A DNA stretch of 64,000 bases from Candidatus Saganbacteria bacterium (GCA_016219705.1 JACRKQ010000053.1:6793-70792), one strand, 5' to 3'. Shown: positions 18,651 through 30,670, counted from the first letter of the stretch. Program-made: numbers and translations. The notes: generated by a model from the sequence alone, not told the origin.

Positions 18651-19948
18651 AGATAATGGTTGTCGGTTCCGGCGGCCGCGAGCACGCGCTGATTTGGAAA
18701 ATCAAGCAGAGTTCAGTCGTTGCAAAAATTTATTGTGTGCCGGGGAATGCCGGAACAGCGGAACTGGCGGAAAATGTGGAGATTAAAGCGGATGATATTA
18801 ACGGTCTGCTGAAATTTGCCAAAGAACAAAAAATCAATCTGACTGTTGTTGGTCCCGAAGTGCCGTTGGCGGCCGGCATAGTTGATTTGTTCAACAAAAA
18901 TGATTTAAGGATTTTTGGCCCGTCTGCGGCGGCAGCGCGGATTGAGGGGAGCAAAGTTTTTGCTAAACAATTTATGGCTAAATATGGCATTCCCACCGCC
19001 CAATCCGGGATCTTCGCTGATAAAAAAAAGGCAAAAGCTTACATTAACATGATGGGGGCGCCGATCGTGGTCAAGGCCGATGGTTTAGCGGCGGGGAAGG
19101 GGGTCGTCGTCTGCCAAACAGTTGAGGCGGCAAATCAGGCGGTTGAACTTATTATGGAGAAAAAAGAATTCGGCCAGGCCGGGGCGCAGGTTGTCATTGA
19201 GGAGTGTTTGATCGGGGAAGAATCTTCGATTATTGCTTTAACTGATGGCGAAACAATTGTTCCTCTGGCTTCATCTCAAGACCACAAACGGATTTTTGAT
19301 AATGATGAGGGACCAAATACCGGAGGGATGGGAGCGTATTCACCGGCGCCGGTTGTGACCGATGGTTTAATGGAACAGATTAATAATGAGGTCCTTCTCC
19401 CCTTCGTCCAAGGAATGAAACAGGAGGGGATTGTTTACAAGGGAGTTATTTATGCTGGAATTATGGTTACAAAAGCGGGGCCGAAGGTTTTAGAGTTTAA
19501 TGCCCGTTTTGGCGATCCGGAAACCCAACCGATCATGATGCGGCTCAAGAGCGATCTTGTCCCGATTCTTGAAGCAGTGATAGACGGTAAATTAGCCGGC
19601 CAAAAAATTATTTGGGACGAACGAGCGGCGGTCTGTGTCGTTTTAGCGGCGGGAGGCTATCCGGGGAAATATGAGACTGGTTTGCCGATCACCGGATTAG
19701 ATAAAGTTCATCAGGTTGCTAAGGCTTATGTTTTTCATGCGGGAACGAAAATAGAGGATAGAACAGAGAAGACAGAACACAGACTACAGATATCAACTAA
19801 TGGCGGCCGCGTTCTTGGCGTGACAGCGTTAGGCGATTCGCTCAAATTTGCTATCGACAAAGCTTACCAGGCTGTCTCATTAATCAATTTTAAAGGCATG
19901 CATTACCGGAAAGATATCGGTGGGAAGGCCCTGAAGCTGGTTCGCTAA
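18647..19948 (+). CDS. purD: phosphoribosylamine--glycine ligase
   Basis: Full-length PurD (ATP-grasp; MKIMVVGSGGREHAL, TNGGRVLGVTALG); carries a 42-nt heptamer-array insertion. Confidence 0.9.
   Translation: MKIMVVGSGGREHALIWKIKQSSVVAKIYCVPGNAGTAELAENVEIKADDINGLLKFAKEQKINLTVVGPEVPLAAGIVDLFNKNDLRIFGPSAAAARIEGSKVFAKQFMAKYGIPTAQSGIFADKKKAKAYINMMGAPIVVKADGLAAGKGVVVCQTVEAANQAVELIMEKKEFGQAGAQVVIEECLIGEESSIIALTDGETIVPLASSQDHKRIFDNDEGPNTGGMGAYSPAPVVTDGLMEQINNEVLLPFVQGMKQEGIVYKGVIYAGIMVTKAGPKVLEFNARFGDPETQPIMMRLKSDLVPILEAVIDGKLAGQKIIWDERAAVCVVLAAGGYPGKYETGLPITGLDKVHQVAKAYVFHAGTKIEDRTEKTEHRLQISTNGGRVLGVTALGDSLKFAIDKAYQAVSLINFKGMHYRKDIGGKALKLVR
19753..19794. repeat. (AGANNNC)x6 heptamer array, 42 nt in-frame in purD
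   Basis: Direct reading. Confidence 0.85.
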
Positions 19949-19967
19949 AAAAAAACTAAAATTTTTC

Positions 19968-19997
19968 TTGACAAGTATAGGTAAATTAGTGTAAAAT
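19968..19997 (+). promoter_or_regulatory. sigma-70-like promoter for rpmG/superoperon: TTGACA -35, 18-bp spacer, TAAAAT -10
   Basis: TTGACA at 19968-19973 and TAAAAT at 19992-19997, about 105 nt upstream of rpmG ATG. Confidence 0.5.
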
Positions 19998-20102
19998 TAA
20001 TCTTTGTTCGCTTCTTCGGGTGCGAGCGATAAAATAATTTCCTTTTTCCAGAATTTTAAAAAAGTTTTGGCAAGGGGATAGTTTGTGTTTTAAAAAGATT
20101 TT

Positions 20103-20252
20103 ATGCAAGAAGTTATAACATTAGTTTGTACGAATTGTAAAAGAAAAAATTATTCTTCAACGAAGAATAAAAAGAATATTAAGGAACGCCTTGAACGGAC
20201 AAAATATTGTAAGTGGTGCCGTAAACACACTGGTCACAAAGAGGAAAAATAG
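20103..20252 (+). CDS. rpmG: 50S ribosomal protein L33
   Basis: Unlisted short [50 protein letters not shown] with the L33 zinc-ribbon CxxC...CxxC; canonical position before tRNA-Trp and secE. Confidence 0.8.
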   Translation: MQEVITLVCTNCKRKNYSSTKNKKNIKERLERTKYCKWCRKHTGHKEEK

Positions 20253-20258
20253 CGCTAA

Positions 20259-20329
20259 GGGAGTGTCGGTTAATGGTAAACCACTGGTCTCCAAAACCAG
20301 GACTGGGGGTTCGAGCCCTCCCACTCCCG
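20259..20329 (+). tRNA. tRNA-Trp (anticodon CCA)
   Basis: Hand-folded cloverleaf: acceptor GGGAGTG/CACTCCC, D-arm GGTT-AATGGTA-AACC, anticodon arm CTGGT-CTCCAAA-ACCAG, T-arm GGGGG-TTCGAGC-CCTCC; canonical rpmG-tRNATrp-secE-nusG context. Confidence 0.8.
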
Positions 20330-20339
20330 GTCTGTTAAG

Positions 20340-20534
20340 ATGAAAGAAAAATTTGAACAACTAGTTAAATACCTGAAAGAAACCAGGGGAGAGACAAAAA
20401 AGGTCATTTGGCCAAATCAGCGTTATATTGCGGTGGCGACAACGATCATTGTAGTTCTCTCGTTGATCACGGGGCTTTATATTATGGGAGTTGATTTTAT
20501 TTTTACGAAGATTTTTGGAGTGTTGTTAAAATAG
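20340..20534 (+). CDS. secE: preprotein translocase subunit SecE
   Basis: 64 aa, single C-terminal TM helix, conserved position before nusG. Confidence 0.7.
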   Translation: MKEKFEQLVKYLKETRGETKKVIWPNQRYIAVATTIIVVLSLITGLYIMGVDFIFTKIFGVLLK

Positions 20535-20537
20535 TTT

Positions 20538-21140
20538 ATGGATGAGATAAACGAAAATAATTTAAGCCAGGCGGAAACGCCGCCGGAGCAAGTAGGGGCG
20601 GATTCGGCAGTTGGTGAAAAAAAATGGTATGTGATTCAGGCATTAACCGGACAAGAAGATCGGGTCAAACAGGCGCTCGAGCTGACGATCAAGAATCGAA
20701 ATTTACAAAACCGGGTTTTCCAGGTCATGGTGCCGACTGAAGAAATAATTGAAATCAAAGGTGGCAAGCGGGTTGAGAAAATTAAGAAGATGTTTCCTGG
20801 TTATGTTTTCCTGGAGATGATACTTGATGAGCAATCGTGGTATGAAATCAGGGAAACTCCTGGAGTGGCTCGTTTCATCGGGACAAAGATTCAGCCCACC
20901 CCTGTTTCCGGGCGCGAAATGCAGAGAGTTTTAAAACAACTTGGCAAAGAAGGGAAACTCCTGGAGATTGCGTTTGAAAAAGGCGAGGGCGTTCGGGTGA
21001 TTTCCGGTCCCTTCCGGGGGTATACAGGGACTATTGATGAAGTCAATGCGGAAAAAGGCAAGTTGAAGATTTTGATTAATATTTTTGGCCGGGACACGCC
21101 GGTTGAGGTTAATGTCGAGCATGCCCAAAAGCTTGTATAG
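20538..21140 (+). CDS. nusG: transcription termination/antitermination factor NusG
   Basis: NGN domain plus KOW (GEGVRVISGPFRGYTGTIDEV); acidic ~25-aa N-terminal extension. Confidence 0.85.
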   Translation: MDEINENNLSQAETPPEQVGADSAVGEKKWYVIQALTGQEDRVKQALELTIKNRNLQNRVFQVMVPTEEIIEIKGGKRVEKIKKMFPGYVFLEMILDEQSWYEIRETPGVARFIGTKIQPTPVSGREMQRVLKQLGKEGKLLEIAFEKGEGVRVISGPFRGYTGTIDEVNAEKGKLKILINIFGRDTPVEVNVEHAQKLV

Positions 21141-21153
21141 GCAATAATTAATT

Positions 21154-21591
21154 ATGGCAAAGAAAAAGAAAAAAGAAGTTTTAACGACCGTCAAACTGCA
21201 GATCCCTGCCGGTAAAGCAAATCCGGCGCCTCCCATTGGTCCCGCTTTGGGTCAGCACGGACTTAATATTATGGAATTCTGCAAGCAGTACAATGCGGCG
21301 ACTAAGGATAAGGGCGATCTCATCGTGCCGGTGGAAATTTCCATTTATAAAGACCGTTCATTCTCTTTTATTCTCAAGACACCGCCGGCGGCGGAGTTGC
21401 TGCGTAAGGCTGCTGGGGTCGAAAAAGGGTCCAGCGTGCCAAATAAAACAAAAGTTGGTAAAGTCAGCCGCCAGAAAGTTAAAGAAATTGCTGAAATGAA
21501 GCTGCCGGATCTTAATGCCAATGATGTAGCTGCGGCGATGCGCATAATTGAAGGGACGGCTCGTAATATGGGGATTATGGTGGAAGGTTAA
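21154..21591 (+). CDS. rplK: 50S ribosomal protein L11
   Basis: [26 protein letters not shown]. Confidence 0.9.
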   Translation: MAKKKKKEVLTTVKLQIPAGKANPAPPIGPALGQHGLNIMEFCKQYNAATKDKGDLIVPVEISIYKDRSFSFILKTPPAAELLRKAAGVEKGSSVPNKTKVGKVSRQKVKEIAEMKLPDLNANDVAAAMRIIEGTARNMGIMVEG

Positions 21592-21592
21592 A

Positions 21593-22294
21593 ATGAGACC
21601 AAGTAAAAGTTTTAAAGCTAAAGCCCAATTAGTTGATCGTTTGAAAAAATATTCGTTGAGCGAAGCCTTACCTTTGCTGAAGCAGACAGCGCGTGCAAAA
21701 TTTGATGAATCGGTTGACCTGGCCATGAAATTAGGGGTTGATCCCAAGAAACATGCGGTGCGCGGCACGGTCGTTTTGCCTGGCGGTTCCGGCCGAACGC
21801 AAAAAGTCGCGGTAATTGCCAAAGGACCTAAAGCCAGCGAAGCGGAACAGGCGGGCGCCGATCTTGTCGGCGGGGATGACCTGGTTGAAAAGATCCAAAA
21901 GGGATATCTTGACTTCGATATCTTAATCTGCACGCCTGACATGATGCCGGCCATGGGAAAATTGGGCAAAGTTTTGGGGCCAAAAGGTTTAATGCCCAAC
22001 CCTAAATCCGGGACTGTGGCCCTGGATGTGGCGCAGGCGGTCAAGGAATTTAAGGGCGGCAAGACCGAATTTAAGATGGATAAAAACGGCGCCTTGCACA
22101 TGGTGATCGGCAAAATCTCTTTTGCAGCCGACGCTTTGGAGAAGAATTTTTCAGCGGCGCTGGCGGCGATTTTGCAGGCGAAACCGAGCGGGATTAAAGG
22201 GGTTTTTATCCAATCAATCATCCTCTCCAGCACCATGGGGCCGGGCATTAAACTCGATCCTAAAATAGCGCAAGATTCTAGAGAGGCGGAGTAA
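21593..22294 (+). CDS. rplA: 50S ribosomal protein L1
   Basis: In-frame ATG at 21593 right after rplK stop (MRPSKSFKAK...); the ORF track extends upstream to 21548. Confidence 0.9.
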   Translation: MRPSKSFKAKAQLVDRLKKYSLSEALPLLKQTARAKFDESVDLAMKLGVDPKKHAVRGTVVLPGGSGRTQKVAVIAKGPKASEAEQAGADLVGGDDLVEKIQKGYLDFDILICTPDMMPAMGKLGKVLGPKGLMPNPKSGTVALDVAQAVKEFKGGKTEFKMDKNGALHMVIGKISFAADALEKNFSAALAAILQAKPSGIKGVFIQSIILSSTMGPGIKLDPKIAQDSREAE

Positions 22295-22296
22295 TT

Positions 22297-22827
22297 ATGG
22301 CCAACGCAAAAGTTATTGATAAAAAACAACAGCTTGTCGATCAGCTCAAGGAAAAAATTGAGAAAGCCCGGGTTCTGGTCATTTCTGATTATCGCGGCGT
22401 GACAGTCTCTGAAATTACTGGATTGCGCCGCAAATTGCTGAAAGAAAAATCGGAATTTAAAATTGTAAAAAATACACTGTTGCAACGCGCTCTGGCGGCC
22501 AGCGGCTTTACCGATTTAGACCAGCATTTAAGCGGTCCGACCGCGATTCTCTTCGGTTATCAGGATCCGATTGCCCCGATAAAATTGCTGGTTGAGTATG
22601 TTGAAGAGATTGAAAAAGGCCAGGTTAAGGGCGGCATCGTTGAACGCCGAGTGGTCGACATCAAAGGGATTGCCGCGCTGTCGAAATTGCCGCCTAAAGA
22701 AGTCTTAATTGCCAAAGTGATTGGTGGTTTTAAGTCACCGCTTTATGGTCTGGTAAATGTGCTCCAGGGCAATATCCGTAAATTAGTTTATGTTTTTAAT
22801 GCTGTTAAGGATAAAAAAAGTAGTTAG
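22297..22827 (+). CDS. rplJ: 50S ribosomal protein L10
   Basis: Homology pattern and position between rplA and rplL. Confidence 0.85.
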   Translation: MANAKVIDKKQQLVDQLKEKIEKARVLVISDYRGVTVSEITGLRRKLLKEKSEFKIVKNTLLQRALAASGFTDLDQHLSGPTAILFGYQDPIAPIKLLVEYVEEIEKGQVKGGIVERRVVDIKGIAALSKLPPKEVLIAKVIGGFKSPLYGLVNVLQGNIRKLVYVFNAVKDKKSS

Positions 22828-22857
22828 TTGTGAGTTGTAAGTTAATTGAGAAAGGAA
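22821..22857. repeat. TAGTTAG TTGTGAG TTGTAAG TTAATTG + AGAAAGGAAGG in rplJ-rplL spacer
   Basis: Direct reading. Confidence 0.7.
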
Positions 22858-22867
22858 GGTGAAAAAG

Positions 22868-23242
22868 ATGGCGAATGTTGATGAAATTCTGACATCAGTT
22901 GAACAGTTGACAGTTTTAGAATTAGCTGATTTAGTGAAAAAGCTGGAAGAGAAGTTTGGCGTTTCGGCGGTTGCCCCGATGATGATGGGCGGTGGCGTGG
23001 CGGCCGGCGGAGGTGAAGCGGCGGAAGTTAAGGATGAATTTGATGTTGTCTTGGTTAGCGCCGGAGATAAAAAAATTCAAGTCCTTAAAGTTCTGCGCGA
23101 AGTTACCGGTTTGGGCTTAAAAGAAGCCAAGGAAGTTGTTGATTCTGCTCCAAAACCAGTCAAATCCGGCGTCAAGAAAGAAGAAGCGGAAGAAATTAAG
23201 AAAAAGCTGGAGACTGAAGGAGCGAAAGTCGAGATTAAGTAA
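22868..23242 (+). CDS. rplL: 50S ribosomal protein L7/L12
   Basis: [32 protein letters not shown]..., Gly/Ala hinge, C-terminal [30 protein letters not shown]. Confidence 0.9.
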   Translation: MANVDEILTSVEQLTVLELADLVKKLEEKFGVSAVAPMMMGGGVAAGGGEAAEVKDEFDVVLVSAGDKKIQVLKVLREVTGLGLKEAKEVVDSAPKPVKSGVKKEEAEEIKKKLETEGAKVEIK

Positions 23243-26200
23243 TGGTAAAGCGTACAATATTAGTTGATGAAAAGGCCAGGAAAGTTGTTGAAGCGCCGGA
23301 TCTGCTGGAATTGCAAAAAGATTCTTTCCGGTGGTTCTTGGAAGAAGGCTTGCCTGAAGAGATCCGCAATGTTTCCCCAATTAAGGGATACGAAGGGAAA
23401 CTGGAGCTCTCTTTTACCGGCAAATATGTGCTGGGCAAACCAAAGTTTCCGCCCCAGGATTGCTTGATACGGGAAACAACTTATGCCATGCCGCTCAAGG
23501 TTGAAACGCGGTTGCTGAAGAATCAGAGCAAAGAAGTTCAATCACAGCAGGTCTTTATCGGTGATTTGCCGATGATGACAGAGCGCGGTACTTTCATCAT
23601 TAATGGTGCGGAACGGGTCATCGTTTCGCAGCTTGTCCGCTCGCCCGGGGTTTATTACCGCGAATCAAAACGCATTGAACGCGTTGGTAAGACTTTCTAT
23701 TACGCGACGGTTATTCCTGACCGCGGCGCCTGGCTGGAGATTGAGACCGACGCTAACGGCGCGGTTTCAACTCGCATTAACCGCACTCGCAAGATTCCCA
23801 TCACCATGTTTCTGGCGGCGATCGGCTGCACAGAAAAGGAGACATTGGAAGCTCTGTCAGAAGGAGAGTTCCGTCGCCGCTCGCTTAAAGAATGTCAGAT
23901 TTTACCAGAGGAAGAGGCGTTAATCGAAGTTTACAAAAAGCTGCGCCCCGGAGATCCTGTTACCCAGGAAGGGGCAAAAGTTTATCTCAATAACCTTTTC
24001 TTTAACAGCCGCCGTTATGATTTAGGTCGCGTCGGCCGCTACAAAATGAATCGCAAACTTGGGATCTCTGTCCCGGAAGATGAATGTGTGTTGACCAAAG
24101 TTGATATTTTAGCCATGGTCATATATCTCATTAAAATTAATTCCGGCGAAGGGATTGCTGATGATATTGATCACCTTGGCAACCGCCGTATTCGCGCCGT
24201 CGGTGAATTGCTGCAGCGCCAGCTGCGTCTCGGTTTGGCCAGGGTCGAGCGTTTAGTTAAAGAACAGATGATGATTAAAGGTGATGAAGTAGTGACGCCT
24301 GGACAATTGATAAATATCCGTCCACTACAAGCCGTTATTAAGGAATTCTTTGGGTCCAGCCAGTTGTCGCAATTTATGGACCAGACGAACCCGTTGGCGG
24401 AATTAACCCATAAACGGCGTTTGTCGGCCTTAGGTCCCGGCGGATTAAGCCGGGAGCGAGCGGGTTTTGAAGTCCGTGATATCCATCCTTCCCACTATGG
24501 CCGCGTCTGTCCGATTGAAACACCAGAAGGCCCGAACGCCGGTTTGATCGCCTCTTTATCAACTCACGCCAGGGTTAATAAGTTCGGCTTTATTGAAACA
24601 CCTTACCGCAAAGTGGAAAAAGGCGTGGTGAGCAATAAAATCGAATATTTAACGGCGGATGCCGAAGATTTCCATAAGATCGCTTCTTTTGATGTCCGCC
24701 TTGACAAAAACAATAAAATAATTGAAGAACAGGTCCCTGTCCGCTATCGTCGGGCTTTTGTCTTTGCTGACAATAAAGAAGTGACCTATATCGGCGTGGC
24801 TGCGGAACAGATTGTCGGTATTACTTCCGCCATGATCCCCTTCATCGAACATGATGACGCTAACCGCGCTTTGATGGGCGCCAATATGCAGCGCCAGTCT
24901 GTCCCCGTATTGCAACCGGAGGCGCCTATTGTCGGCACCGGGTTTGAAGATAAAGTTGCCAGCGATTCCCGGACCCTGGTCACCGCGGAAAATCCCGGTA
25001 AAGTAATTAAAGTTTCTGCGGACGAGATCATTATCCAGCGCGGCAACGGAAAAAAAGATCTTTATCGCTTGCTGACTTTTTGCCGCAGCAACCAGAACAC
25101 CCTAATCCACCAGCGGCCAATTGTTAAACTGGGAGATCAAGTTAAAGCCAACGAAGTCTTGGCCGATGGTTCCGCCACTGAAAATGGCGAATTGGCCCTG
25201 GGGCGCAATGTTTTAGTCGCGATGATGCCCTGGGAGGGCTATAACTATGAAGACGCGATTATCTTGTCAGAAAGATTAGTCAAAAAAGATCTGTTGACCT
25301 CTATTCATATTGAACGCCTGGAGGTTGAAGTCCGGGCGACAAAACTGGGAATGGAAGAAATTACCAGGGAAATTCCCAATGTCAGCGAAGATGCCTTAGC
25401 CAATCTTGATGACCGCGGCGTTATTGTCGCCGGCGCGGAGGTCAGTCCAGGTGAGATTCTTGTTGGCAAGGTTACCCCCAAAGGTGAAACGGAATTACCG
25501 GCGGAAGAAAAACTCCTGCGGGCAATTTTTGGCGATAAAGCGCGCGACATGCGCGATACTTCCCTGCGCGTCCCTCCCGGCGAGGGAGGGATAGTGATCG
25601 CAGTGCGGGTTTTCTCGCGTGAGAATGGCGATGAATTGCCTCCCGGCGTCCATGAATTGATCCGTGTCTATATGGCGCAGATGCGCAAAATTGCCGTCGG
25701 TGATAAGATTGCCGGCCGCCATGGCAACAAAGGCGTGGTTGCCCGTATCCTGCCGGAAGAAGATTTACCATACCTCCCTGATGGCACTCCAGTTGATGTG
25801 ATTCTAAATCCTTTAGGCGTTCCTTCGCGTATGAATATCGGCCAAATTTTTGAATTATTGCTGGGTCACGCCGGGCATATTAATAATCTCCACTACGAAG
25901 TCCCGGCTTTTGATGAGGCGACGGAAGAAGACGCTTCGGTTAACACTATCGAACGTGAATTAACCAGGGCGAGAGAAAAGAGCGGTTTTCAATGGTTAGA
26001 TAACAGCGGTAAAGTGGAGTTGCGCGATGGGCGCACCGGCCGGTCGTTTGGGCGCAAGATTGCCGTTGGTTACATGTACTTAATGAAATTAATCCATTTA
26101 GTTGATGATAAAATGCACGCGCGCTCCACGGGTCCGTATTCATTGATCACCCAGCAGCCATTGGGCGGCAAAGCCCAATTTGGCGGCCAGCGCTTCGGAG

Positions 26201-26505
26201 AGATGGAAGTCTGGGCCCTGGAAGCCTATGGGGCGGCGCACACCTTGCAGGAGCTCTTGACTGTCAAATCTGATGATGTCGTCGGACGCTCCCGGGTTTA
26301 TGAAGCAATTATTAAAGGGAAATTTATGGGTAAACCGGGAGTGCCGGAATCATTTAAAGTCCTGGTCCGGGAACTGCGTAGCTTATGTCTTGATTTCCAA
26401 ACGATCGATAAAGCGGGTAAAGAAGTGAAAATTGATGAACAAGAAAAATTACCCAGCCGCCGCTCCAACATTTTTGGTAAAGAAAAAACTAAGAGGAGGG
26501 ACTAA
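23242..26505 (+). CDS. rpoB: DNA-directed RNA polymerase subunit beta
   Basis: 1087 aa with canonical beta motifs ([29 protein letters not shown]). Confidence 0.95.
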   Translation: MVKRTILVDEKARKVVEAPDLLELQKDSFRWFLEEGLPEEIRNVSPIKGYEGKLELSFTGKYVLGKPKFPPQDCLIRETTYAMPLKVETRLLKNQSKEVQSQQVFIGDLPMMTERGTFIINGAERVIVSQLVRSPGVYYRESKRIERVGKTFYYATVIPDRGAWLEIETDANGAVSTRINRTRKIPITMFLAAIGCTEKETLEALSEGEFRRRSLKECQILPEEEALIEVYKKLRPGDPVTQEGAKVYLNNLFFNSRRYDLGRVGRYKMNRKLGISVPEDECVLTKVDILAMVIYLIKINSGEGIADDIDHLGNRRIRAVGELLQRQLRLGLARVERLVKEQMMIKGDEVVTPGQLINIRPLQAVIKEFFGSSQLSQFMDQTNPLAELTHKRRLSALGPGGLSRERAGFEVRDIHPSHYGRVCPIETPEGPNAGLIASLSTHARVNKFGFIETPYRKVEKGVVSNKIEYLTADAEDFHKIASFDVRLDKNNKIIEEQVPVRYRRAFVFADNKEVTYIGVAAEQIVGITSAMIPFIEHDDANRALMGANMQRQSVPVLQPEAPIVGTGFEDKVASDSRTLVTAENPGKVIKVSADEIIIQRGNGKKDLYRLLTFCRSNQNTLIHQRPIVKLGDQVKANEVLADGSATENGELALGRNVLVAMMPWEGYNYEDAIILSERLVKKDLLTSIHIERLEVEVRATKLGMEEITREIPNVSEDALANLDDRGVIVAGAEVSPGEILVGKVTPKGETELPAEEKLLRAIFGDKARDMRDTSLRVPPGEGGIVIAVRVFSRENGDELPPGVHELIRVYMAQMRKIAVGDKIAGRHGNKGVVARILPEEDLPYLPDGTPVDVILNPLGVPSRMNIGQIFELLLGHAGHINNLHYEVPAFDEATEEDASVNTIERELTRAREKSGFQWLDNSGKVELRDGRTGRSFGRKIAVGYMYLMKLIHLVDDKMHARSTGPYSLITQQPLGGKAQFGGQRFGEMEVWALEAYGAAHTLQELLTVKSDDVVGRSRVYEAIIKGKFMGKPGVPESFKVLVRELRSLCLDFQTIDKAGKEVKIDEQEKLPSRRSNIFGKEKTKRRD

Positions 26506-26508
26506 CCT

Positions 26509-29500
26509 TTGCCTTTATCGATAAAAAGAAACGAAGAAAAAGAATTTGACTTTATCAAGATCGGCCTAGCCTCGCCGGAAAAAATTCTGCTCTGGTCTTT
26601 TGGCGAAGTTGAAAAGCCTGAAACCATCAACTATCGCACCTTTAAGCCGGAGCGTAAAGGCTTGTTTGACGAGAAGATCTTTGGGCCGGTGAAAGACTGG
26701 GAGTGCCACTGTGGGAAATATCGTCGGGTGCGCTATCGCGGCATCATTTGCGAACGCTGCGGTGTTGAAGTTACCACGTCACGCGTGCGCCGCGAGCGGA
26801 TGGGACACATCAAACTGGTGGAACCGATCGCTCATATCTGGTTCCTACGCGGGATCCCCGGCTATATGAGCTTATTGCTTGATGTTTCAACCAAAGCGCT
26901 GGAAGAAGTCGTTTATTATGACGCTTTTATTGTTACGGAAGCGGCGGTGGAGAACAAGCGCTTAAAAGTTGGCCGTATTTTGCGCGAAGCAGAATATCAG
27001 GACGCGCTGGAAAAATTTGCCGGCGAATTTAAAGCGGAGACTGGCGCGCGCGCGGTCCGTGATTTATTAGCAAAAATTGATTTGAACCAGACAGTTTCTA
27101 AATTGCGCCGCGATTTAAAGACTGCCGTCGGACAAAAACGTCTCAAAATCATCAAACGCTTGCGGGTAGCGGAAGCCTTCTTAAAGTCAGGCAACCGGCC
27201 GGAGTGGATGATCGTCGACAATTTACCGGTTATCCCGCCTGATTTGCGGCCGATGGTCCAGCTGGAAGGCGGCCGCTTCGCCACGTCCGACCTTAACGAC
27301 CTTTATCGCCGTGTCTTGAACCGCAACAATCGGCTGAAGAAAATGATCAACATGGGCGCGCCAGATATGATCATCCGCAATGAAAAACGGATGCTCCAGG
27401 AATCAGTCGATGTCCTGATCGATAATGGCCGCCGCAAACGGGCAGTGACCGGCACAACGGGACGTCCGCTTAAATCATTAACCGATATTATTGAAGGCAA
27501 GCAGGGTCGTTTCCGCCAGAATCTCCTGGGTAAACGAGCTGATTATTCCGGCCGTTCGGTTATTGTCGTTGGTCCAAACCTAAAATTACATCAATGCGGC
27601 TTGCCCAAAGAGATGGCCCTGGAATTATTCAAGCCGTTTGTTATCCGCAAATTAGTTGACCGCAACCTGGCCCAAAATGTCAAATCGGCCAAGCGGATGA
27701 TTGAAAACCAGGAAGTGATCGTCTGGGATATTTTAGAAGAGGTGATTAAGGGACATCCGGTTTTATTAAACCGCGCCCCAACTCTGCATCGTCTGGGCAT
27801 CCAGGCTTTCGAGCCGGTTCTTGTTGAAGGCAAGGCGATCCAGATCCATCCGCTGGTCTGCACGGCGTTTAACGCTGACTTTGACGGCGATCAGATGGCG
27901 GTCCACGTTCCTCTGCTGTTTGAAGCCCAGGTTGAATCCCGCATTTTAATGTTATCGTCCAACAATCTGCTTTCCGCCGCCTCCGGCCGGCCGGTAGTGA
28001 CACCTACCCAGGATATGGTTCTGGGCACTTATTATATGACTGTTGCTGACGAGGGCGCGGCTTTAGGCAAAGGCGGGGTTTTCTCCGGTGATTGGGAGGC
28101 GATGATTGCTAACGACCTTGATGAATTGCACCTCCATGCTGGCATTAAAGTCCGCCGCGGCGGCGCGATTATCGAAACAACGGTTGGTCGTATCAAATTT
28201 AATTTTACCTTAAATCGGGTGTTGCAGCGCCGGGGGATCACGGAAGAATATCCTTTTATCAACAAAGTTTTGGTCAAAAAAGAATTGGAAAAACTGATTA
28301 CCGATTGTTTCCACCGTTACGGCAACGCGGTCACGGCGGAAATTGCCGATGAAATCAAGCGGTTGGGTTTTAAATATGCCACTTTAGCCGGTGTCTCTAT
28401 CGCCATTGAAGACCTGGTTATCCCGGCCAAGAAGCGCGAAATTGTCGATAAGGCCAGCCGCCAGATTACCGAGCTCGAAAAGCATTTCCACGCCGGCAGC
28501 ATTTCAGCCAAAGAGAAACTTATCCGCTCCCTGGATATTTGGAGCAATGTGACCGAAGAAGTGACACAGCGGATGCTGGATGAATTTGACAAACTTAATT
28601 CTGTTTATATGATGGCTTTCTCCGGCGCCCGCGGCAATGTCCAGCAGGTCCGTCAATTGTCCGGGATCCGCGGTTTAATGGCCGATCCGTCCGGTAACAT
28701 TATAGATATACCAATTAAGGCGAATTTCAAAGAAGGCCTTAATTTAACCGAATATTTCATTTCATCTTACGGCGCCCGCAAAGGGTTGGTTGACACGGCG
28801 TTGCGCACCGCCGATTCCGGATATTTAACGCGCCGTCTTGTTGATGTCTCCCAGGATGTTCTGATCACTGAAGAAGACTGTGGGACTAAAGAAGGTATAG
28901 AATTAGCGACAATCCGTGAAGGCTATGAAGAATTGATCCCTCTTTGGCAGCGTTTAATTCATCGTATTCCTCTCAAAAATGTTACTGATTTACTGTCCGG
29001 TAAAATCATTGCTAAAGCGGGGGAGAGACTGGATGAGGCGGCGGCCCGGGCAATTTATGATGCCGGAATCGAAAAAGTTGTTGTCCGATCCGTTTTATCC
29101 TGCCAGACTAAAATTGGTTTGTGCCAGAAGTGCTACGGTTTGGATCTTTCCACGATGCGGCCGGTTAATATCGGCGAAGCGGTCGGGATTATTGCGGCGC
29201 AATCTATCGGTGAGCCAGGAACCCAGCTGACAATGAGAACTTTCCATATTGGCGGCGTAGCTTTGCACAAAGCTGCCAAGGTTGCGGTGCGCACCAAACA
29301 TGGCGGTATAATTCATTTTGGCGAAGGGACCGAAGTTAAAAATATTACGGATGAATTAGGGGACAAACACCAAATGGTGGCCAGGAGTTCGGTGATCTTG
29401 GTCAAAATTAAAGACAAAAAAGAAGAGTATCCTCTGCCGGTGGGAGCCATCCTGCTGGTCAAGGAAGGGCAAAAAGTTGAAGCCGGGGAGAATATTGCTG

Positions 29501-30669
29501 AATACGATCCGACTTATGAATATATTATCTCCAGCGCCGCCGGCAAAATCATGTATCTTGACCTTGAAGTCAGCAAGAGGCGGCATGAAAATATTGCGAA
29601 AAAAGACGGCGAAGTTTTTGTTTATAACTCGAAAGTTTTCAAGGAATATGACGTGCCCAAAGGAGCGCAGATTTTTGTTAGGGTTGGCAGCAAAGTAAAA
29701 CCGGGAGATGAATTAGCGGCTGGCGTTGTAGTCAAAATAGCTGGCGTCATTATTGCTGTGACGAAAGATGTGATCCGTTTGGCGCCGGGAGAAAATTACT
29801 TGGTTATTGCCGGTTCCCGTGTTTTTGTTGAAGATGGAGACAAAGTAGAGAGCTACGATGTCGTTGCCAAAGTTGAATCGATACGGCGTGATCCCAGCAA
29901 GACCCGCGATATCATCCAAGGGCTGCCCAAAGTCGAAGAATTATTTGAAGGCCGCCGTCCCCGCGATGCCGCCATACTGTCGGAAATTGAAGGCATAGCG
30001 GAAGTCGGCGAAAGTGAAGGGGTGCGCGTGGTCAAAGTTATCGGACCAAAAGATAATGTTAAAGAATATCATGTCCCTTATGAAACTAGGCTGCGCGTAA
30101 TCACTAATGATAAGATCCACGCGGGGATGCAATTGACCGAAGGGGTCGTCAATCCCCACGATATTTTAAGGATTGTGGGGGTAGGGTTAGTCCAGACTTT
30201 CTTGGTGGCGGAAATCCAAAAAATATACCGCGCTCAAGGCGTGACCATTGCTGATAAGCATATTGAAGTCATTGTCCGGCAGATGACAAAAAAAGTACGC
30301 GTTGTCGACCCGGGCGGCTCCACTCTTCTGCCGGGTGAATTAATTGAAAAAAATCGTCTGGAAGAAATAAATGAAAAGATGAAAGGGGATAAAGTAACGG
30401 CAACTGAAGTTCTGTTAGGGATTACCAAGGCTTCCTTAACTACGGAGAGCTTTATCTCCGCGGCTTCGTTCCAGGAAACGGCGCGAATTTTGACTGACGC
30501 CGCCATCCAAGGGAAAGTCGACGAGATGTACGGCTTAAAAGAAAATGTCATCGTCGGCAAGCCGATTCCCGCCGGCACCGGTTTTGTCGATTACAATAAT
30601 ATTGAATTAGTCCCCATTACAGGATTATTGGGCCAGCTCCAGGTGGCCGCTGGGGCGGAGGAGCAATAA
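26509..30669 (+). CDS. rpoC: DNA-directed RNA polymerase subunit beta'
   Basis: 1386 aa; zinc finger [27 protein letters not shown] catalytic motif; TTG start with AAGAGGAGGG RBS. Confidence 0.95.
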   Translation: MPLSIKRNEEKEFDFIKIGLASPEKILLWSFGEVEKPETINYRTFKPERKGLFDEKIFGPVKDWECHCGKYRRVRYRGIICERCGVEVTTSRVRRERMGHIKLVEPIAHIWFLRGIPGYMSLLLDVSTKALEEVVYYDAFIVTEAAVENKRLKVGRILREAEYQDALEKFAGEFKAETGARAVRDLLAKIDLNQTVSKLRRDLKTAVGQKRLKIIKRLRVAEAFLKSGNRPEWMIVDNLPVIPPDLRPMVQLEGGRFATSDLNDLYRRVLNRNNRLKKMINMGAPDMIIRNEKRMLQESVDVLIDNGRRKRAVTGTTGRPLKSLTDIIEGKQGRFRQNLLGKRADYSGRSVIVVGPNLKLHQCGLPKEMALELFKPFVIRKLVDRNLAQNVKSAKRMIENQEVIVWDILEEVIKGHPVLLNRAPTLHRLGIQAFEPVLVEGKAIQIHPLVCTAFNADFDGDQMAVHVPLLFEAQVESRILMLSSNNLLSAASGRPVVTPTQDMVLGTYYMTVADEGAALGKGGVFSGDWEAMIANDLDELHLHAGIKVRRGGAIIETTVGRIKFNFTLNRVLQRRGITEEYPFINKVLVKKELEKLITDCFHRYGNAVTAEIADEIKRLGFKYATLAGVSIAIEDLVIPAKKREIVDKASRQITELEKHFHAGSISAKEKLIRSLDIWSNVTEEVTQRMLDEFDKLNSVYMMAFSGARGNVQQVRQLSGIRGLMADPSGNIIDIPIKANFKEGLNLTEYFISSYGARKGLVDTALRTADSGYLTRRLVDVSQDVLITEEDCGTKEGIELATIREGYEELIPLWQRLIHRIPLKNVTDLLSGKIIAKAGERLDEAAARAIYDAGIEKVVVRSVLSCQTKIGLCQKCYGLDLSTMRPVNIGEAVGIIAAQSIGEPGTQLTMRTFHIGGVALHKAAKVAVRTKHGGIIHFGEGTEVKNITDELGDKHQMVARSSVILVKIKDKKEEYPLPVGAILLVKEGQKVEAGENIAEYDPTYEYIISSAAGKIMYLDLEVSKRRHENIAKKDGEVFVYNSKVFKEYDVPKGAQIFVRVGSKVKPGDELAAGVVVKIAGVIIAVTKDVIRLAPGENYLVIAGSRVFVEDGDKVESYDVVAKVESIRRDPSKTRDIIQGLPKVEELFEGRRPRDAAILSEIEGIAEVGESEGVRVVKVIGPKDNVKEYHVPYETRLRVITNDKIHAGMQLTEGVVNPHDILRIVGVGLVQTFLVAEIQKIYRAQGVTIADKHIEVIVRQMTKKVRVVDPGGSTLLPGELIEKNRLEEINEKMKGDKVTATEVLLGITKASLTTESFISAASFQETARILTDAAIQGKVDEMYGLKENVIVGKPIPAGTGFVDYNNIELVPITGLLGQLQVAAGAEEQ

Positions 30670-30670
30670 A

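Noticed and set aside
21358-22485. 375-aa minus-strand ORF
   Set aside because: Antisense to the highly conserved rplK/rplA genes. Low-complexity translation, so a spurious overlap ORF.
23260-30578. Numerous 60-115 aa ORFs antisense or out of frame within rpoB/rpoC
   Set aside because: Shadow ORFs inside strongly supported long genes.
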